A stretch of DNA of 64,000 bases, taken from the NCBI GenBank assembly GCA_036507075.1, contig DASXQR010000152.1, positions 1 through 64,000 of the forward strand. The letters run 5' to 3'. Each line of letters opens with the position of its first letter. Position 1 is the stretch's first letter. The notes under the pieces were generated by a model, which did not search any database, was not told the origin of the DNA, and worked only from the letters and a program-made list of their open reading frames with translations. The stretch is from Acidobacteriota bacterium (lineage in GTDB: Bacteria; Acidobacteriota; UBA6911; JACQSX01). Positions 29,806-38,754 of this stretch are shown here, one piece after another. The position numbers were made by a program, and so were the translations under genes.

Positions 29806-30339
29806 ATGAAAACTCAACTCAAGCCGGGAAGGAAGATTTTGGCCAGCGTCGCAGTGGCCCTGCTGGCAACTGTCTGGGTCCTTTGGAGCGGAAGGCAAGC
29901 ACTGGCTGTACCCCCCGTTGACCCTGACCTTATCGCCACTGGCCTGGTGGGTGTCACCTTTGGCCAATCCGTCCAGCTCAATGTTTCAAACGCCGACCCT
30001 CCCGAACCCAGCAGGCCCGTGAGTGTGGAGCTGATGATCTTTGATGCAGACGGAGTCATGGTGGCGCATTCAACCGAGAGACTCATCGGCGGACGCTCGG
30101 CATCATTAATGTTGAACCGCGACACCCTCCCCGGTCGAGCGGGCAACCGGGTGGGTCTTCGCGGCTTGATGCGGGCGCAACCACCAGATCCTGTAACGCC
30201 AACCGACCCTAACCACCGGGCGAAACTGATTGCCAGTTTCGAAGTGGTTGATAATGCAACGCAAAGAACTCTCTTCGCGCTGCCCGGATCACTAGTAGGT
30301 TTCAACCCGCAGCCCGAGCCGCCCATGCCGCAGATGTAA
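29806..30339 (+). CDS. Secreted protein with C-terminal FNPQPEPP motif
   Basis: AAGGAG RBS, signal peptide ending ALA, beta-rich body, Pro-rich PPxP motifs, ends GFNPQPEPPMPQM. Confidence 0.75.
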   Translation: MKTQLKPGRKILASVAVALLATVWVLWSGRQALAVPPVDPDLIATGLVGVTFGQSVQLNVSNADPPEPSRPVSVELMIFDADGVMVAHSTERLIGGRSASLMLNRDTLPGRAGNRVGLRGLMRAQPPDPVTPTDPNHRAKLIASFEVVDNATQRTLFALPGSLVGFNPQPEPPMPQM

Positions 30340-30423
30340 AGCAAAAAACTGGCCGGCGAGGATCCTTTCGTCAGATAGGGACAGACACCAATTGCACGGG
30401 GTCTGTCCCCGATTTGGAGGTCG

Positions 30424-33177
30424 ATGATGAAAACCAAAATTATTCGCTGTCTTTTAGGAGTTCTCTTCATACTCGGCGCGGCCGGCTTGTCAAATGCCGC
30501 TCAGACGGCATCCGTCTCACTCAGCATCCGCGTCGAAGGGGATCAACTTCTGTTTGTCCCCCAAGGTAAAGAAGGTCACTTCCGTCTCGAGATCTTCGGG
30601 CCAGGAGGTGAGGCGGTTTTCGACAGCGGCTTGCGCGGGGGACAACCTGCCGGATGGAACCTGCGCGACATGAAGGGAGAGCCGGTCAACGACGGAGTTT
30701 ACATTATGTTGATCAGCACGTTCAGCGCCGATGGCAAGGAACAAAAGAGAATGGAGCAACTGATTCTGGCCCCTTCACAGGCCAGGCAGAACCCGGATGC
30801 TCCTTTAGCGGCGGTTCTCGGCGGCGGTACGCCGGGCAAGGTCGCCAAGTGGACCGGTATCGACACGTTGGGGGACTCGGTGATGACTGAGGACCTCGCC
30901 AAAGTCGGCGTCAACTTAAGTCCGCTCGCAACCCTTCATGTGGATGGCGCGCAGGGCCGTCTGTCTGCCGGTCCCGGCTTTGATGCTTCGCCGCTTCTTC
31001 AAACTAGCGGCGGCAAGGGGGGCAACACGTCGGCGAATGCGACGGCCGGCAAGGGAGGCGATATTTCACTGCTGGCGGGAATCGGAGGAGACGCGGCCGT
31101 CGGAACCAGCGGAAACGGCGGCAATATCACCCTGCAGCCGGGTTCACCGGGCGCCGGGGCAGCGCCGGGTCAATCGGGCCGCCTCTATCTGGCGCCATTT
31201 GATGGAAACGTTGGAGTCGGCACACTTAATCCTGCGTCGAAACTGACCGTCGAGGGAATGCTCCAGATCAACGGAGCCAACAACGGCGTCAAGTTTCCGG
31301 ACAATACAACGCAAACGACTGCCGGCCTGATCACCGTCGCTCACAACGCAACATTGACCGGAGACGGAACGAACGGCTCACCGCTCGGCATTATCAATCA
31401 GGGAATCGACACACCGCAACTCAAGGATGCTTCGGTAACAAGCGTAAAGATTGCGCCCGGACAGGTAGTGAAGAGTCTCAACGCGCTCAAGGACGACGTG
31501 CTGCTCGTTGCGGGATCAAACGTTGCGATCGCACCCGGACCAGGCAACTCCCTGTCGATTTCCGCCTCCAACAGCGGGCTGTCGAGCGTGACGCATAACG
31601 CCACACTCACGGGCGATGGCACGAACGCGAATCCGCTGGGCGTTGCCGCACCTTTAGGTATCAGCGGATCCAATGCGGGCGCGATTCTTTCCGTGAGCAA
31701 TGCCGGGACAGGTGCGGCCATTTCCGCCGGCGGAGCGGTCGACACGAGCCAGCATTACGGCATCGGCGGCAACCGGGTGTTGAGCGTCGGAGGATCCAAC
31801 AATGTTTTCGCAGGCGTGGGCGCCGGGGCCAACAATTCCGGGGTCAGCAATGCGTTTTTTGGGGCCGCAGCAGGCCAGGCCAATACGCTCGGCAATCTGA
31901 ACTCGTTCTTCGGGGCGTTTGCAGGCTTAAACAACACCGGCGGAAGCCAAAACTCGTTCTTCGGCAACGCCGCCGGCCAGTCAAACACCCAGGGTGTCCA
32001 GAACTCCTTCTTTGGCACGGGAGCGGGAGCCTTTAATACCACCGGCATTAACAACTCCTTCTTTGGATTCCTTTCGGGAAGGCAGAACACGACCGGTTTT
32101 GGCAATGCTTTCTTTGGCCATCAGGCCGGACGAGAGAACACGACCGGTCAGTTCAATTCGTTCTTTGGAAGTGGGGCGGGGCTCAACAATACCACGGGAA
32201 GCGGGAATGTCTTTTTAGGAATCTTGGCCGGTTTCGCGAATTCAACCGGCTCTGGCAACACCTTCGTCGGAAATTCCGCTGGAAGCATCAACTCAGCCGG
32301 AAATCAGAATGCTTTCTTTGGAGTGAATGCAGGGCTCAACAATATTTCTGGAGACAACAACTCCTTTTTCGGCTCCGAGGCGGGTCTTTCAAATATTACA
32401 AACGGGAACTCGTTTTTCGGTGCGCTGTCAGGGCGTGCCAATACGTCGGGAGTCTCGAACGCATTTTTTGGATATCGGGCCGGCCGCGACAACGTCACTG
32501 GTGGAAGCAATTCATTCTTTGGAAGTGAGGCGGGGCGAGAAAATGTATCGGGCGGTTTCAACTCCTTCTTTGGAAGACTGGCCGGCGGCAACAATACGGG
32601 CGACAGCAACTCCTTCTTTGGCGCGCTGGCCGGCCGGGACAACACCACGGCCGACAACAACGCTTTCTTTGGAAGCAGCGCGGGCCGGGATAACACCACG
32701 GGAACCAGTAACTCATTCTTCGGACGCGGTTCTGGCCTGTCAAACACAACCGGCGACAATAACACGGCGGTGGGCCGCGGCGCCGGGTCGTCAAATACGA
32801 CGGAGAACGGGAACACGTTCATTGGCGCTTTGACTGCAGCCGCGGCCGGCGTGGGCAACGGCACAGCAATTGGATACAAGGCGATGGTGGAACAGGACAA
32901 TACGATCGTGTTGGGAAGCATCAATGGAAAGAATGGGGCCGGAGCCAGCGTCAGAGTGGGAATCGGCACCACCCAGCCGCAGGCCAGGCTTCACGTCAAT
33001 GGAATAATACGAATCTCACGTCAGGCCTTTAATGAACCACTCTTGATTCTGGATTCGGGCACTAGTCCCGGTTCCCTTGGTGGGATCCTATTGAGGTCGA
33101 CGGATCCCAACTCGTGCTATCTGCTCTTCATTGGAGCTGATGGGACTGTGTTCACTTCTGCACATGCCTGTCCCTAA
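30424..33177 (+). CDS. Secreted fibre/adhesin-like repeat protein
   Basis: Signal peptide; ~25 imperfect 14-aa repeats NSFFGxxAGxxNTTG; VGIGTTxPxAxLHV motif typical of tail-fibre-like proteins; GGAGG RBS. Confidence 0.8.
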   Translation: MMKTKIIRCLLGVLFILGAAGLSNAAQTASVSLSIRVEGDQLLFVPQGKEGHFRLEIFGPGGEAVFDSGLRGGQPAGWNLRDMKGEPVNDGVYIMLISTFSADGKEQKRMEQLILAPSQARQNPDAPLAAVLGGGTPGKVAKWTGIDTLGDSVMTEDLAKVGVNLSPLATLHVDGAQGRLSAGPGFDASPLLQTSGGKGGNTSANATAGKGGDISLLAGIGGDAAVGTSGNGGNITLQPGSPGAGAAPGQSGRLYLAPFDGNVGVGTLNPASKLTVEGMLQINGANNGVKFPDNTTQTTAGLITVAHNATLTGDGTNGSPLGIINQGIDTPQLKDASVTSVKIAPGQVVKSLNALKDDVLLVAGSNVAIAPGPGNSLSISASNSGLSSVTHNATLTGDGTNANPLGVAAPLGISGSNAGAILSVSNAGTGAAISAGGAVDTSQHYGIGGNRVLSVGGSNNVFAGVGAGANNSGVSNAFFGAAAGQANTLGNLNSFFGAFAGLNNTGGSQNSFFGNAAGQSNTQGVQNSFFGTGAGAFNTTGINNSFFGFLSGRQNTTGFGNAFFGHQAGRENTTGQFNSFFGSGAGLNNTTGSGNVFLGILAGFANSTGSGNTFVGNSAGSINSAGNQNAFFGVNAGLNNISGDNNSFFGSEAGLSNITNGNSFFGALSGRANTSGVSNAFFGYRAGRDNVTGGSNSFFGSEAGRENVSGGFNSFFGRLAGGNNTGDSNSFFGALAGRDNTTADNNAFFGSSAGRDNTTGTSNSFFGRGSGLSNTTGDNNTAVGRGAGSSNTTENGNTFIGALTAAAAGVGNGTAIGYKAMVEQDNTIVLGSINGKNGAGASVRVGIGTTQPQARLHVNGIIRISRQAFNEPLLILDSGTSPGSLGGILLRSTDPNSCYLLFIGADGTVFTSAHACP

Positions 33178-33355
33178 CCACGCGCTCGCCCAATACTGAA
33201 GGCGGCCCGGTGGTTTTCACCGCCGAGACGCAAAGCACACTGAGATTCGCAGAGGGTTGGTTGCGGACTCGGCGATCTCGGCGCCTCTGCGGTGAACGGA
33301 ATATGCGAATCAGCAGCGTTTAGGTAAATCGCCCTTCGTTTTCAGAAGATAGTTC

Positions 33356-33384
33356 TTAAAGGATTCAGCATCTCGGTTGTTTAT
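33356..33384 (+). promoter_or_regulatory. Putative ECF promoter, copy 2
   Basis: TTAAAGGATTCAGCATCTCGGTTGTTTAT; upstream gcccttc..tttcagaaga also shared with copy 1. Confidence 0.55.
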
Positions 33385-33405
33385 ACCACAGAGACGCAGA
33401 GGGCA

Positions 33406-33569
33406 CAGAGCCACCAGAGTCATCAGAGCCCGAACGCCAGAGCCACCAGAGTCTATCGGAGCCCGAACGCCAGTGAGGGTCCCTGCGCCCTGGAGGCTCT
33501 GCGCTCCCCGTTACACAGCAGTACAGTGCGATTGACCGGGTGGGTCCCTCACTGGCGTTCGGGCTCTGA
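33406..33569. repeat. REP-like doublet with local tandem duplication in the 5' UTR
   Basis: cagagccaccagagtc..gagcccgaacgccag twice, with inverted partner ccctcactggcgttcgggctctga. Confidence 0.7.
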
Positions 33570-33629
33570 CATGGGTGGCGGCAGTTTAGATTCATCACGC
33601 CGGCAGCGGGCGTTTTGGAGGGATTTTCC

Positions 33630-36029
33630 ATGTGCAAGAGATTCGGTAAATTGCTGGTCTTCGCCGGCCTGCTTGTTTTGCCTTGCAGCGGGCGCGCGCA
33701 GTTTGGCGAAAGCGTGCAGTACTTCCCCCAGTATGCGGTAGGCGTAGGAGCGGCCACTTTCTTTTCCATTCACAATCCGAGCAGTGAAGGCATTACGGTC
33801 AACGTGGAATTGCACCGATCCGATGGCAGCGTGCTGGCCGGCCAGGATGTGTCTCTGGGACCAGGAGCGACACAGACCGTCAAGCTGGAATCGTCTGCTC
33901 CGCTGGCAGCCGGCTGGGCCAGGCTTTCTTCGGCGGGAAAATTCAATGCCAGCGAATTCTTTCAGTTTTACGATCCCAACGGACGGCTGGTTACTCAAGC
34001 CGGCGTTTTGCCCAGCTCTCCGGGTAAGCAGTTCAAGCTTTTTGGCTACGTGCGACAGAAAGCCAGCACAGGGACCGGAGTTGCCATCTTCAATCCCAGC
34101 GCCACAGTGGAAAGCATCTTGACGGTGCGACGGCTCAACGGGGCGGGTCAACTGCTCGACACACTCACGGTTCGACTGGGCCCGTTGGAACATCTGGCGC
34201 GCTTTTTGAACGAGAATCCTTATTTTTTTGGCGTGGATGATTTTGAAGGGCTGGTGGAATTCTCCGCCACTGAACCGGTGGCAGCCGTGACCTTACGGCT
34301 GGACAGCGGAAATCTAGCCGCTGTTCCGGTTCTTAGTCCCCAAGGTGACGTATTGTCTGCCGGTGCCGTCACCACGCTGCACCTGGCCGACGGAGCCGTC
34401 ACGACGCCGAAACTGGGTGATGGATCGGTCACCACTTTAAAGATTGCCGACAGCGCCGTGCTCGGCTCAAAGATTGCCAACGGGCAGGTAGTGCGAAGCA
34501 TCAATGGCCTCAAGGACAATGTGACGCTGGCGGCCGGACCCAACATCCAGATCTCCTCGAACAGCAACACGCTCACGATTACATCCAGCAGCGCGCCTTC
34601 CATTACCGGGGTCAGTGCAGGTACGGGTCTGGCGGGAGGAGGAACTTCGGGCGCGGTGAGTCTTTCGGTAGCTGACGGAGGTATTACTACTGCAAAGCTG
34701 GCAGATAGCGCTGTGACCTCTCAAAAGTTAACTGTTCCTCTCACTCTGACGGGTGCGACGTTCGGCTCTGCGGTGTTGAAAGTGACCAGCACCGGAGGGC
34801 CATTTGCCATGTGGGCCGTAGGCGCCGCTTCGGGACTTCGGGCTGAAGGGGCCGGTATTGGCGTCGAAGCGAGCGGCGGTTCTTACGGCGTGTTGGGAGG
34901 AGGTGGCACTATCGGAGTGTCTGGCAATTCCAATAGCGCTTCGGGCCAGGGTGTCGTGGGAGTTTGCCCGAACAATATCGGTGTACGTGGCGTCAGCACC
35001 AGCGGCACCGGTATGAAGGGCGAGAGCACCAGCGGATTCGCGGTGCATGGAACCAGCAGCACAAATACCGCGGTGGTCGGGGCCAGCACAAGCGGCACCG
35101 GCGTGCGGGGAGAGGGTGCGTCCGCGGGCGTAGCTGGATCAAGCGACAATATCGCGGTCCGGGGCGACACAGCCGGTGGTACCGGGGTTCTTGGCTTCAG
35201 CAACAGTGGCACGGGCGTAAAGGGATCTACAAGCACCGGCACCGGCGTGCGGGGAGAGGGGGGGCTTACGGGGGTGTTCGGGACCGGCAGCAGCATCGCC
35301 GTACGCGGAGACACTACCAACGGTACCGGCGTCAGCGGAAGCAGCGAGGCTGGCCGCGGGGTGACAGGATTCAGCACCAGTTCCGACGGCGTCTGGGGAA
35401 GGACGTCAAGTGGAAACGCGGGAGTTCTCGGAACCTCCATTGGCACCGGAGATGGTGTCCAGGGATCCAGTACTAGCGGACGGGCGGGAGACTTCCTGGG
35501 CAATGTTCGCATCACCGGAACGCTCACCAAAGGCGGCGGCTCATTTCAAATCGACCACCCGCTCGATCCGCTCAACAAATACCTCAATCACTCGTTTGTC
35601 GAAAGTCCCGACATGATGAACATCTATAACGGCAATGTCATGCTGGATGAGAGGGGTGAGTCCTGGGTACAATTGCCGGAGTGGTTCGAGGCACTCAACC
35701 GGGACTTTCGCTATCAGCTTACGTGTATCGGTGGCTTTGCTCCTGTTTTCATCGCGCAGGAAATCTCCGGCAATCGATTCAGAATTGCCGGCGGCGGTCC
35801 CGGCCTGAAGGTCTCATGGCTCGTCACAGGCATTCGCCAGGATGCTTATGCCAATAAACATCGCATTCAAGTGGAAGAAGACAAGCCTGCAGCCGAGAAA
35901 GGCTTGTATTTGCATCCGGAAGACTTCGGCCAGCCGTTCGAAAGAGGCATTCTGTGGATGAAGTATCCCGAGGAATTAAGACGGGAGTTGAACCGGCCGG
36001 CACATCGTCAGAGTCCTGAACGTCAGTGA
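33630..36029 (+). CDS. Secreted fibre-like repeat protein
   Basis: Signal peptide; Ig-like N-domain; ADGAVTxxKL repeats; ~11-aa GVxGxSxxGxG repeats; C-terminal FQIDHPLDP.NKYL.HSFVESPDMMNIYNG domain. Confidence 0.8.
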   Translation: MCKRFGKLLVFAGLLVLPCSGRAQFGESVQYFPQYAVGVGAATFFSIHNPSSEGITVNVELHRSDGSVLAGQDVSLGPGATQTVKLESSAPLAAGWARLSSAGKFNASEFFQFYDPNGRLVTQAGVLPSSPGKQFKLFGYVRQKASTGTGVAIFNPSATVESILTVRRLNGAGQLLDTLTVRLGPLEHLARFLNENPYFFGVDDFEGLVEFSATEPVAAVTLRLDSGNLAAVPVLSPQGDVLSAGAVTTLHLADGAVTTPKLGDGSVTTLKIADSAVLGSKIANGQVVRSINGLKDNVTLAAGPNIQISSNSNTLTITSSSAPSITGVSAGTGLAGGGTSGAVSLSVADGGITTAKLADSAVTSQKLTVPLTLTGATFGSAVLKVTSTGGPFAMWAVGAASGLRAEGAGIGVEASGGSYGVLGGGGTIGVSGNSNSASGQGVVGVCPNNIGVRGVSTSGTGMKGESTSGFAVHGTSSTNTAVVGASTSGTGVRGEGASAGVAGSSDNIAVRGDTAGGTGVLGFSNSGTGVKGSTSTGTGVRGEGGLTGVFGTGSSIAVRGDTTNGTGVSGSSEAGRGVTGFSTSSDGVWGRTSSGNAGVLGTSIGTGDGVQGSSTSGRAGDFLGNVRITGTLTKGGGSFQIDHPLDPLNKYLNHSFVESPDMMNIYNGNVMLDERGESWVQLPEWFEALNRDFRYQLTCIGGFAPVFIAQEISGNRFRIAGGGPGLKVSWLVTGIRQDAYANKHRIQVEEDKPAAEKGLYLHPEDFGQPFERGILWMKYPEELRRELNRPAHRQSPERQ

Positions 36030-36063
36030 CGAGCACTGGATGGTGTCTGTCCCCAATTCCCTG

Positions 36064-36092
36064 TTAAAGGATCCAGCATCTCGATTGTCTAT
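36064..36092 (+). promoter_or_regulatory. Putative ECF promoter, copy 3
   Basis: TTAAAGGATCCAGCATCTCGATTGTCTAT. Confidence 0.5.
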
Positions 36093-36145
36093 ACCACAGA
36101 GATACAGAGTGTACAGAGCCACCAGAGTCTATCGGAGCCCGAACG

Positions 36146-36730
36146 CTGTCTGCCGGTGCCGTCACCACGCTGCATCTGGCCGATGGAGCCGTCACCACGC
36201 CCAAGATTGCCGACGGGGCGGTGACGACTTTAAAAATAGCCGATAGTGCGATTTCCGGCTCCAAATTGGCGGATGGCGCTGTGACTGCTTCGAAGATTGC
36301 CGATGGCGCCGTTCTCGGCTCCAAGATTGCCAATGGGCAGGTGGTGCGAAGCATCAATGGTCTGAAGGACAACGTGACGTTGACGGCCGGAGCCAACATT
36401 CAGATCTCCTCGAACAGCAACACACTGACGATTACATCCAACAGCGCGCCTTCCATTACCGGTGTCAGTGCAGGGTCGGGCCTGGCGGGAGGAGGAACAT
36501 CGGGCGCGGTGAGTCTTTCGGTTGCCGATGGAGGCATTAGCAGCGCCAAGCTCGCGGATGGCGCGGTGACGAGTTCCAAGCTGGTAATCCCTCTGAACCT
36601 GGAGGCCCCTTTGTCCGGTCTTTCCGCTGTATTAAAAGCGAATAATACAGCGTCAACCGGTGTCGGCCTGTGGGGCATAGGTGTCGCCATTGGAGTCAAG
36701 GGCACGGGCAACGTTTTCGGCGTGACCGGA
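36146..36730 (+). pseudogene. Truncated paralog of 33630-36029
   Basis: Near-identical to ~34354-34740; lacks start, signal peptide, N-domain and C-terminal domain. Confidence 0.8.
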
Positions 36731-36959
36731 CCGCGGAGCGTCAGTCCGCGGAGCACCTATCGACTGGCCGGACATGGGTTGATTTGCCGCGGCGCGGGCT
36801 GACGCCACGCGGTACTGTTGAGGCGAGACGACTTACCTGGTTCGCACCACGCCCTTGCGGACGTGGCTCTGTGCTTCGCGTGCCGGCCGATAGACCGAGA
36901 TGTTTGGTTTCAATTCAGCCGTTTGCATGTCATCTAGCTGGTGCAACTCACATCGCGGG

Positions 36960-37322
36960 CTATGCGGCCAGTTTTTCCACCATGTCTGCGACTTTCCCGA
37001 GCGTAAAGGGGCGTCTCAACACCGCCGCCCATTCAAACTCACGGGTAATGGGATCATTCAGCTCTACAGCTCCTCCCAGAAGGATAACCGGCACGCGTAC
37101 CTGTTTCAGCCGGGAGAGCACGGCGCCATCGAGCGACTGACCACACAGGTCGAGCACCATCATACGTGGTTTTCGTTCACCCGAGAGAGGCACCGCAGCC
37201 AGGGCGTGGGAGATTTCCGGGTAGCCTACCGCATCAAAGCCGCGCTCGATCAGTTCTGCCCTCAAACACGCTCGCGGCCAGTGCTCGCGGCTGACGATCC
37301 AAACTACCGGTTGTGCTTGCAT
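36960..37322 (-). CDS. Atypical single-domain receiver (CheY-like) protein
   Basis: PRMMVLDL, PVILL, VLRRPF pattern; lacks the N-terminal acidic pair. Confidence 0.6.
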   Translation of the reverse strand: MQAQPVVWIVSREHWPRACLRAELIERGFDAVGYPEISHALAAVPLSGERKPRMMVLDLCGQSLDGAVLSRLKQVRVPVILLGGAVELNDPITREFEWAAVLRRPFTLGKVADMVEKLAA

Positions 37323-37340
37323 TCACAAACAGTGTACTGC

Positions 37341-37461
37341 CAGTCTTTCAGTCTTTCAGTCTTTCAGTCTTTCAGTCTTTCAGTCTTTCAGTCTTTCAGT
37401 CTTGACAGACTGACGGACTGAGAGACTGAGAGACTGAGAGACTGAAAGACCGAGAGACTGA
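37341..37461. repeat. Octamer tandem repeats
   Basis: (CAGTCTTT)x7 + partial, followed by several GACTGAGA units. Confidence 0.9.
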
Positions 37462-37555
37462 GAAACTCGTGATGACCAATGACCATTGACCAATGACCAA
37501 TGACAGAGTATGTTGCGTTGATTCGCATACAGATAAAAGGACAAACCAGGGCGCC

Positions 37556-38446
37556 ATGTCGCATGTCCATCGAAGACACTGGATCCAGGCGGGGTTGATC
37601 AGCCTGGCCAATTTCATCATTGGCAACCCGCTGTCGCGGGAGGCACAGGCGGAAACTCGCCGCGAGATCTTCGACGCGCATCTGCATATTCCCAGCGACA
37701 ACGGAGAGAACTTCCAGTGGAACCTGGTGACCCGCAACATGCCCGAGTTTGTCGCCTATCTGGACAAATGCGGCGTACGTCGTGGCGTCATCTCATCGTC
37801 CTGGAGCAACAAGGCGCAAACTCCCGAAGACTACCGGCAGGGAAACCGCGAGGTCGCCAAATATGTTGACCGGTACAAGGGGCGTTTTCGCGGAAGCTGC
37901 GTGATTACGCCTTTCCGTGTCGACGAGGCTCTGCGCGAAATCGAGACCTGTCATAAGCAATACGGCTTTGTCTGGCTGGGTGAGTTTTGCAACTACATGA
38001 CCGGCTACAAATATGACACGCCGGAGTGGACCGAGGTGATGAACCTTGCCACGCGGCTGAACCTGGTAATGCAGATCCACACCAATACGCGCGAGATGCA
38101 ATACCTGGCGGAGAACTTCCCGCAGACCACCATCGTGTTCCCGCACCTGGGCGGGAGCAAGGACGACATCTTTGCCCGGATCGAAATCATTGCCAAACAT
38201 AAGAACGCGAACATTGATCTTTCCGGCTCGGGCATCGAACGGGTTGGGATTCTGGAGAGGGCGGTCAAGGAGATTGGAGCCGATCGCGTGCTGTACGGCT
38301 CTGACTTCACCATCAACGAGCCGTCAGCGGTGATCGTCAGGGTAAAGAATGCCTTCCTCACTCCAGATGACCGCGAGAAAATCCTGTTTGGAAATGTGCA
38401 GCGCCTTCTATCGCAGGCCGGCCGGTTTTCAAAGTCGAAGGTCTGA
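37556..38446 (+). CDS. Amidohydrolase_2 family metallohydrolase, probable Tat substrate
   Basis: HRRHWI twin-Arg signal, FDAHLH, FPHLGG, RVLYGSD. Confidence 0.82.
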   Translation: MSHVHRRHWIQAGLISLANFIIGNPLSREAQAETRREIFDAHLHIPSDNGENFQWNLVTRNMPEFVAYLDKCGVRRGVISSSWSNKAQTPEDYRQGNREVAKYVDRYKGRFRGSCVITPFRVDEALREIETCHKQYGFVWLGEFCNYMTGYKYDTPEWTEVMNLATRLNLVMQIHTNTREMQYLAENFPQTTIVFPHLGGSKDDIFARIEIIAKHKNANIDLSGSGIERVGILERAVKEIGADRVLYGSDFTINEPSAVIVRVKNAFLTPDDREKILFGNVQRLLSQAGRFSKSKV

Positions 38447-38754
38447 AAGTCGAAGGTCGAAGGTCGAAGCCACTCTCGAATGCGGAATGCGGAATAAAAA
38501 CTGTCAGTAGTCCGTTGTCCGTTGTGCGTTGTTCCTGACATTTCAGCGCAGAGCCGCAGAGTTTCAGCCACGAATTTCACGAATTTCGCGAAGGGGAATC
38601 TGTGGCCACGAGTCACACGAATTTCACGAAGGGGAAACCTGCAACCTGTGACAATCGATCGCGATCAACCGACAACCAACCACTGACAACGGACCACTGA
38701 CCACGGACAGCTTTCATTCCGCATTCCGAAATCCGCATTCGATGGTACCCGCAT

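Noticed and set aside
33406..33570. Direct repeats resembling a mini CRISPR array
   Set aside because: Only two units, no unique spacers, an inverted partner is present, and there are no cas genes; it fits a REP doublet
30424..36029. Prophage or contractile injection system, based on tail-fibre-like motifs
   Set aside because: No capsid, sheath, baseplate, terminase or integrase genes; both proteins have signal peptides
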